The notes under the pieces were generated by a model, which made no database searches, was not told where the DNA came from, and saw nothing but the letters and a program-made list of their open reading frames with translations. Shown piece after piece: positions 57,609-64,000 of a stretch of 64,000 nt of DNA (positions are counted from its first letter, which is position 1; every line of letters starts with the position of its first letter). A program made the translations under genes and the position numbers. Location: NCBI GenBank assembly GCA_025558095.1, contig JAIVFI010000004.1:434001-498000 (forward strand), given 5' to 3'. Source of the stretch: Hyaloraphidium curvatum SAG 235-1. Lineage: Eukaryota > Fungi > Monoblepharomycota.

Positions 57609-59464
57609 TCATACCTTGACCTCTCCCTCGCCGTCCGATAGAGCGGAGGTAACGGTCATATTGCCCATGATCGCCGCCACCCTGGTCGAAATACTTCGAA
57701 CGTCACCCAGCAGCAACCTCGCCCTGCTCAACATGAGCAAATCCGCGAGCTCTGCACAACACTTGCACGCGATGCGCGGAATGCTGGCGAAGTTGATCTT
57801 CGGCAGCGAGGTCTGGAGGCCCTCGAAGTGGTCAATGGTCCTTGCCGAGAGGAAGAAGCCGTCGGGCGCCGCGGTCTCGGCAACGTTTCGGATCTGAGCC
57901 GTGACGTTGACAATGTCGATCTCTGCGCTCTCAGGTCCCCGCGGTCCCCGGCTGTAGTTGACCCCGACGTAGTTCCTCAGCTTCACCTCGCCCAGCAGCC
58001 CTCCGACCGCGGCGCTGGGCTGCAGCCTATTGAGCGGCACCCCGATGGTGAGGGGCTTCATGAACCAATGTCGCAGAGGGCCCCGCGCCTTGATGTAGAT
58101 GTGACGCAGCGAGTTGATTCGCACCGGTTCGTCCCTGTTGATGTAGTCGTACTTTTCGAACAGGTCCGGGGCGAGTTCCGCGGGTTCGAAACGGTCGTAG
58201 ACATCGTATGCGCGGGCATCAAACAGGTCCCCGAAGGCGGCATCGCACTCCCTGCTCTTGGGCCAGATGATCCTCAGGTGCCGCCCCGTCAGGGTAGTAA
58301 GGGCCATGGCTGACCCCAGGGCCAACAGCCTCTCGGAAAGGCTCCCTTGGACGTGTATCGCAATCATGAGTTCCCCGCTGTAGGTCCTGACCAGTCGGAG
58401 CAGGTAATCCGTCGTCATGTTCGCCACTTGCATCCGCTGGAACCCGATCCCTTCCAGCGTCTGGATGGCGGATTCCCGGTTCAGCGATTGGACCATCGAC
58501 TTTGGCACAAAGCGCTCCATGGTCGGGCAGGTGCGAGTCACGCGCGCGGTGTAGCGGTCCGAGTTGAAAAGGGATGATCTGATATCGTACTCGACGTGGT
58601 GGGCCGTTCGGTTCCACGATCCGGCGTTCATGCGGAGCAGCTTGTTCTTGATGTCTTCGAACTTTCCTGAGTAGACGTTCTCCTGGTTGGCGAACCGCAG
58701 CTTGGCGACGTGGGGGACGTGCTGGATGAAGGAGGTGTTGAGCGCGAGGCGCGCCAGGCCCCGCTCCTCGATTCGACTGTAGAGATCGCTGTCCTCGAAA
58801 CCGTAAGTTTGGAATCTGCCGGGGATCACAACAAGAGTCGGATGGGCAAAGAGACGACGGATCACGGTCGGACGCGCGAAGGGGAACGAAGGCAACGCGC
58901 AGCCCACCTCTCGTCGTAGCCGCCGAGGCTCTGGAAATCGTCCTTGTGGATCATGACAACGCCGTTGAGGTGAATCGAGTTCTTGTCCGGCGCCGTCTCC
59001 CAGTTTCCCGAGTACCAGAACCCCTTCTGGGGCGGATGGTGATCGAGGAACTCGGGGGTCAGCTTCGTGTCGCAGTCGAGCTTGAGCAGGACGCTGCCCG
59101 GCTTCACGAAGCTGGCGCCGAGATTGTATGCCCACGAGAGCCGCCAGATAGGCTGGTCCAGCACGCGGACGATCCGCACGGGGGGGCCGCAGCGGTACGG
59201 CGGCAGCTCCTCGACCAGCTCGGGCTCGGAGCTCCAGTCCACCAGCACGATGCCGGATACCGAGGATTCCATCCAGCTCCGCCACACGCCGTCCGCCAGC
59301 GTGCCGTGCCTGTTTTGGCACGCGGCGACGATAAACACCTCGGGCGACGACGCGGGCGCGCGGCACGGCGGGCGCCGGCTCCACCGCCAGAAGACCACGC
59401 CAGACAGCAATGTAAAGAGCGCCCAGCGCGACAGCAGGCGGCTCGCGCGCCACTTCAGGGGCAT
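57609..59464 (-). CDS. Type II membrane two-domain glycosyltransferase (GT-A GT2/GT7-like + fucosyltransferase-like domain)
   Basis: Signal anchor; ACQNR, VDWSS, KLDCD (DxD), GGYDE|FQTYGFEDSDLYSR; C-terminal IHVQGSLSERL...ADLLMLSRARLLLG. Confidence 0.78.
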
Positions 59465-59636
59465 CTTTGCTACCTCGCAGGGACAGCGAGGGACGGGGGC
59501 GGCGGCAACTTGTCCCCGCCCGCCACACGCCATCCGATCCCTCGTCCCTATCGTCCCTCAGTGTCTGTCCCTCAGTGGGTACATTCGCGAGTTTCGCTCG
59601 AACGTCTGTATTTCTCCCGGAGGCCAACTGGTCGCG

Positions 59637-60026
59637 ATGGCCGCCCACGACTCCCCTGGCACGGCTGGAATCCGCGCAACCCTGCGAATCGGCGCGGGCG
59701 TCTTTGGCGCCTCGGCTGCGCTCCTCCTCCTCGCTCCCGGCAATTTCATCGAGTTGCTAGGACTAACGCCCACGGCGGAGTTGATCTGGGCGCACCGTAT
59801 GACGGCGATCACGTGCGCGGCGCTCGGTGGCACCATGACGAGCGTCTCCTTGCACGGATCACAGCAGGGCGTCTTCCTTGCCGGCCGAATCATGCAGATT
59901 GCCGCCGCCGGACTAGCCATAGTAACGCTCACGATCCCAACACCGTGGACGTGGTTCACGCTCACGTATGCCGGAACCGGATTCGGGTTCAGTTTGACGT
60001 ACGCCTATTCCATCTCCCAAACGTAA
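59637..60026 (+). CDS. Small four-TM membrane protein (129 aa)
   Basis: Intronless ORF with four hydrophobic helices (GAGVFGASAALLLLAP..., WFTLTYAGTGFGFSLTY). Confidence 0.7.
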   Translation: MAAHDSPGTAGIRATLRIGAGVFGASAALLLLAPGNFIELLGLTPTAELIWAHRMTAITCAALGGTMTSVSLHGSQQGVFLAGRIMQIAAAGLAIVTLTIPTPWTWFTLTYAGTGFGFSLTYAYSISQT

Positions 60027-60152
60027 CGCCGCCGCAAGCCTGCTTATCGTGGGAAGACGGAATGGACAAGGCTGCAAGCGAGTCCGATGTACTGTAGGGT
60101 TCCGATCGCCAACAGCCGGGTATTGCGAACGTCGCCTTGCCCTTCAGCACGT

Positions 60153-62652
60153 TCAGTCCATCTCCATGTCCTCAGAGCCCTCGTCCCCTCCTTCCCCGTC
60201 CGACTCCGGCTGCTCCTCGTCCGCCTCGTCGAAACCGTCCTCCACACCCTCCCCGTCCTCCTCGCCCTCCCCGAATTCGGCGAAGCTCCCGTCCGAGGCG
60301 AACGACGCCAGCCTCTTTTTGGCCCCCGCACCGCCCTGCTGCGGCGGCCTCCTGTCCGAGACGGGCGTCGCCTCGTCCGCGGCGCGGGGTTCCAGCGGCT
60401 CCTTCCCCTTCCTGCTCGGCACCCGCGCCGCCGGCGACTCCCCCGCCCCCTGCGGCAGCGGCTGCTCCTCCACGAGCCACTCCCGCATGGGCTCGGGGAC
60501 CCAATGCCCCGCCATGTCCTCGTCCTCCGCGCCGGCCTCGGGCGCCGCCGCCGCCATCCCGCCCGCGCCGCCGGCCCGCGGCGGATCCGCGGGCAGCTCC
60601 TCCAACGCGAGCTGCAGCATCTCCGCGTAGAGCTCGTCGGGTTCGATCGCCAGTGCGCGGTGGTAGCACGCCACGGCGCGGTGGAGGTCGCCCTGCGCGT
60701 GGGCGACCATGCCCAGGCCGGCGTGCGCCGAGGCGTTGGCCGGGTTCGCCGCGAGGGCCTTTTCCAGGTACGTCCGCGCGGACGCGTAGTCCCTGGCAGC
60801 ATGCGATTAGCGCGTGCCGGCGATCGGGCGCAGCTAACGCGCCACCAACCTGATGCGCCGATAGGCATGTCCCAGGTTGCCCCAAATCGGCTCCGACACC
60901 CTCCCCCTGCCGCCCTCCTCCCCTCCCAGCTCCAGCGCCTTCTTGTACGACTCTATGGCCTTTGCGTACCGCCCCGTGGAGTAGTACAGCGCGCCGAGCT
61001 CGTTGTGGAGGGCGGGGTCGCCTGGTGCCAGCTCGTGCGCGGCGAGGAGGTATTCCTCCGCCAGCACCGCGTTGCCGAGCATGAGGTGCTGCACGCCGAT
61101 GTACATGATCGGCAGGTGCATTCTGTAAGGGAGGGCGAGTGAGAGGTTGGATCGAAGTCGCACGAGATACGCACCCCCGGAACAGCTTTGACGCGGTCGC
61201 GTAGGCCGCGATCGCCTGGTCGTGCTCCCCCTCCTTGACGAAGGCGTGCGCGAACCCGATCCAGGCCGGCCCGAACGAGTTGTCCGCCAGGGTCGCCTTG
61301 GCAAAGTACCTTCGGGCCTCCTCGCCCCGTTCGGCGAGGAGGTAGTACGAGCCCACGGCGAACCAGGTGACGGCCTTGTCGGGGTAGCGCGCGACGAGCT
61401 CGTGCGCGAGGTAGAAGAGCTGGTGCTTGCGGCCGAGCTCGTGCAGGCACGCGACGTGGAGGGGGAGGACGGAGAGGTTGTGGGGGTCGTAGTCGAGGAT
61501 CCTGTTTACGAGGCGCGGGCATGAGCGGTCGCATAGGCGGAAGCTAGCGAAAACACACCTGGAGGTCACGTCCAGCGCCTTCTGGTACTTGGACGCCGCG
61601 TATAAGCTCTCTGCTCGCGCCGCGTTCAGATCCGGGTTGAAGGCCAGCCGCCAGTCGGCCTCGAGCCGGGCGATGGGGGTTTCGACGTCCTCGCCGCTGC
61701 GCGATTTGCGAATCTGTGCGGTGTAGAGGAGGCGGACGAGCTCGCCCTCGGGGCCGAGCTGGCTGTCAAAGTCGAGCGAGGCGAGGAATTCTCGTTCTGT
61801 CAAACAGCGGCCGGATGAGGCTCAAGACCAACGGAGTGCGGAGTGCAGGCGGGAGAAGTACGAACCTTCTTCGCCAGTCATCATGTGGTTAGAGATGAGG
61901 ATGTTGAAGGACTGGGTTCCCGGGTCAGCGGAGTTCGCGGAGGAGACCACGACGGCGCCCACCTCGAAGCAGCGGACGTCCAGCTTGACGGCGGCCATGT
62001 GGCAGGCCTTTGTCCTGTCCATGTCGTTCATCTTGCTGTAGGCCAGGGCCCGCACGTGGCTGATTGCCGACTCGAGCCTCCGCTCCTCTGGCCCGCCCGC
62101 AAAGTCCCCCTCGGGCTGCTCGCCCAGCAGCAGCAGCGCGTCCGAGAACTTTTCCAGCCTGACGGAGCACAGCGCGGCGAGGTAGCGGCACTGCGGGTCC
62201 GCGTCGAGCAGGGCGGGGTGCGATAGCAGGCGCTCGGCGCGCGTGTACTGGCCGGTGCGGAAGTAGATCTGGCCCAGGGCGAGGGCGTCTGCCGGGTCGT
62301 CTGCATGCGGGGTCTGAGCGGGCTGGGGCGTGCGACGCCTCCATTTCGACCCACAGGTCATTGTGAGCACCTTGTCGCCCCAGAAGGCGGCCTCGTCGTG
62401 CATGTGCGCGTCTGCCGCGCGGTCGCGCCACGCCCGCAGCTCCGCGGCGGTGCGCGACGCGTCGGGCGCGGTTTGGGGCGCGTGGGGCGTGAGCGGGTCC
62501 GGCAGGGCGCCCGGGAACGGCGCGAGGTTGGCCGGCAGCGGCGAGTAGCCCAGCGGCGACAGCGCGCCCGGGGACGCGCCGAACGGCGGCCGCGCGGCGC
62601 GCTCCTTCTGCGGCGCCGCGGGCCGCGCCGGCCGCGCCCCTTTGGGCGGCAT
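60153..62652 (-). CDS. CDC16: Anaphase-promoting complex subunit Cdc16/Apc6/Cut9
   Basis: AAFWGDKV, LFYLAHELV..YP..AVTWFAVGSYY, ARRYFAKAT, FGPAWIGFAHAF..EGEHDQAIAAY, HLPIMYIG, NLGHAYR TPRs. Confidence 0.95.
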
Positions 62653-62963
62653 CGTCGCGGCGGCGGGGGGACGCAGATCCCGGTTGGTTGACTTTTTAGA
62701 CCCGATTTCTGATGGGTTGATTGCCAGCCTTGAAGCTTGAACTGCTTGAACTGGTCGAATTGATTCGGCCAACCTTCAACCCGACGAACTGGTGTCTAAA
62801 GACACCAGCCTTGAAACTTCTCCGTCCTCTGCACCCCGTTCCCCACCCGCCCCGCGAGGATGGCGGGCCAGCCGGGAGCCGCGTGGTGCGCATCGCCGCC
62901 CGCCGCTCTCCGCGCCGCCAACCGCCCCGCAGGACCGCCGCCGCGCTCGCCAACCCGGCCGCC

Positions 62964-64000
62964 ATGCAGGCATACTCGTCCTTCTATTTCGCTTCCTCCC
63001 AACCCGCGACCGGCTACGCAGACCCGCCGCCGCCCGGAGTCGCCGCGCCCGCCGCCGCGCCCAACCCCGCTGCCGCGGCGGCCGCGCAGGCCGCGTACCA
63101 GGCGGCCTATCCGGCATACAGCCAGTACGCGGCCCAGACGGCCACGCAGTACGCATGGCCGGCAGCGCAGTACTACCAGGCGCCCGCCACTGCCGCCGCT
63201 ACCGTCACCGGGTGCGTCTCTTGGGGTCTGGGGGCGCTATTGGCGCTCATCGTCCCCCCAATCGCCAGCGCCTACTCCCAAGTCACCGTGCCCGCGCAGC
63301 CCGCCGCGTCGTTCCAATCCACCTCCGCGCAGAAGTATCCTCCCATCGCCGACACGCCGTGGCGCAAGAAGCAGAGCGCGAACACCTTTGTCCAGCAGCA
63401 AGCCCCAGCACCCGCAGCCGTCCCGCAGCCGGCGCCCCAGCCGGCGCCGTCCTACAGCGCGGCCGTGCGGACAGGCGCGTCAGACAGTGGGCATCGGCGG
63501 TTCCTGCACCCCTTGTGTGCCTGACGCCTCGGCCCGCCTCGCAGAACCGGCCTACATCCAAGTCGGCCGCCGCGACGCCCCGTCCGCCTCCGGCAACGTA
63601 AGTGCTAACCCCGCCCCCGTAAAGCAGGAATCCGCGGCTTCGTCCTTTGCGCCGGGCCTGAAGTGGGAGATCTCGCGAACGGACGCCGGATGCTTGGCTG
63701 ACGTGCCGCGCGCCGCCAGGGCATACGTCACGAAGGCTATGCAGATCTGCCCGACAAAGAACCGGGACCACCTGCAGGACTGGCTGCGGACGTTTTTGGC
63801 CGAGATCGGCGACGCGCAGTGGACCAAGGACTGGGACCGGGAGCCGCTTCCTCCGTGGGTCTCCCCGACCATCGTGCGCCCACTGTCGCCTGACCGCCCT
63901 TCCCCCTTTTCCAGACCGTGTTCCGACGACTTCGTTCCGCCCAAACCCGCGGCATCCATCCCCACCCCGGTCCGCACGCCGGGCAAGGCCAAGAAGCGGC
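62964..64000 (+). CDS. Thp3/LENG8 (SAC3/GANP family) N-terminal part, runs off the window
   Basis: Tyr/Gln/Ala-rich N-terminus, then RAYVTKAMQIC...WTKDWDREPLP, matching the LENG8/Thp3 YVxRxF...DWxREPLP block. Confidence 0.7.

Overview
Eukaryotic, GC-rich and very gene-dense genomic DNA with short (about 50-100 nt) spliceosomal introns and intergenic gaps often under 200 bp. The gene content is fungal but not Dikarya-like: MTA1c p1 subunit, SLC41, RSAD1/HemW, MEAK7-like TLDc, NECAP and WHEP-GlyRS occur alongside Tco89 and FMP25. This points to an early-diverging (chytrid/monoblepharid-type) fungus, which is an inference. About 37 protein-coding loci are supportable. Most are housekeeping genes (TBCB, RAD6, OLA1, SAC1, GlyRS, NAM9, two kinesin-8, ARE, CDC16, THP3/LENG8). 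Several others look prokaryote-like (PaaK-like CoA ligase, GH1, stand-alone RNA ligase, 4x YiaAB protein, small 4TM protein). The most notable signals are: (i) a p1 subunit of the MTA1c 6mA DNA methyltransferase complex; (ii) an intergenic, highly structured ~380-nt ncRNA candidate with two tandem copies of a domain showing compensatory base changes; (iii) an unusually long, structured intron in GlyRS with mutually exclusive pairings; (iv) a non-canonical TT-AG intron required in OLA1; (v) a decayed, fold-back-bounded exon duplicate flanking a gustatory-receptor-like multi-TM gene. No rRNA, tRNA, CRISPR array or intact transposon was recognised. Gene boundaries were read by eye, and internal exon limits are approximate.
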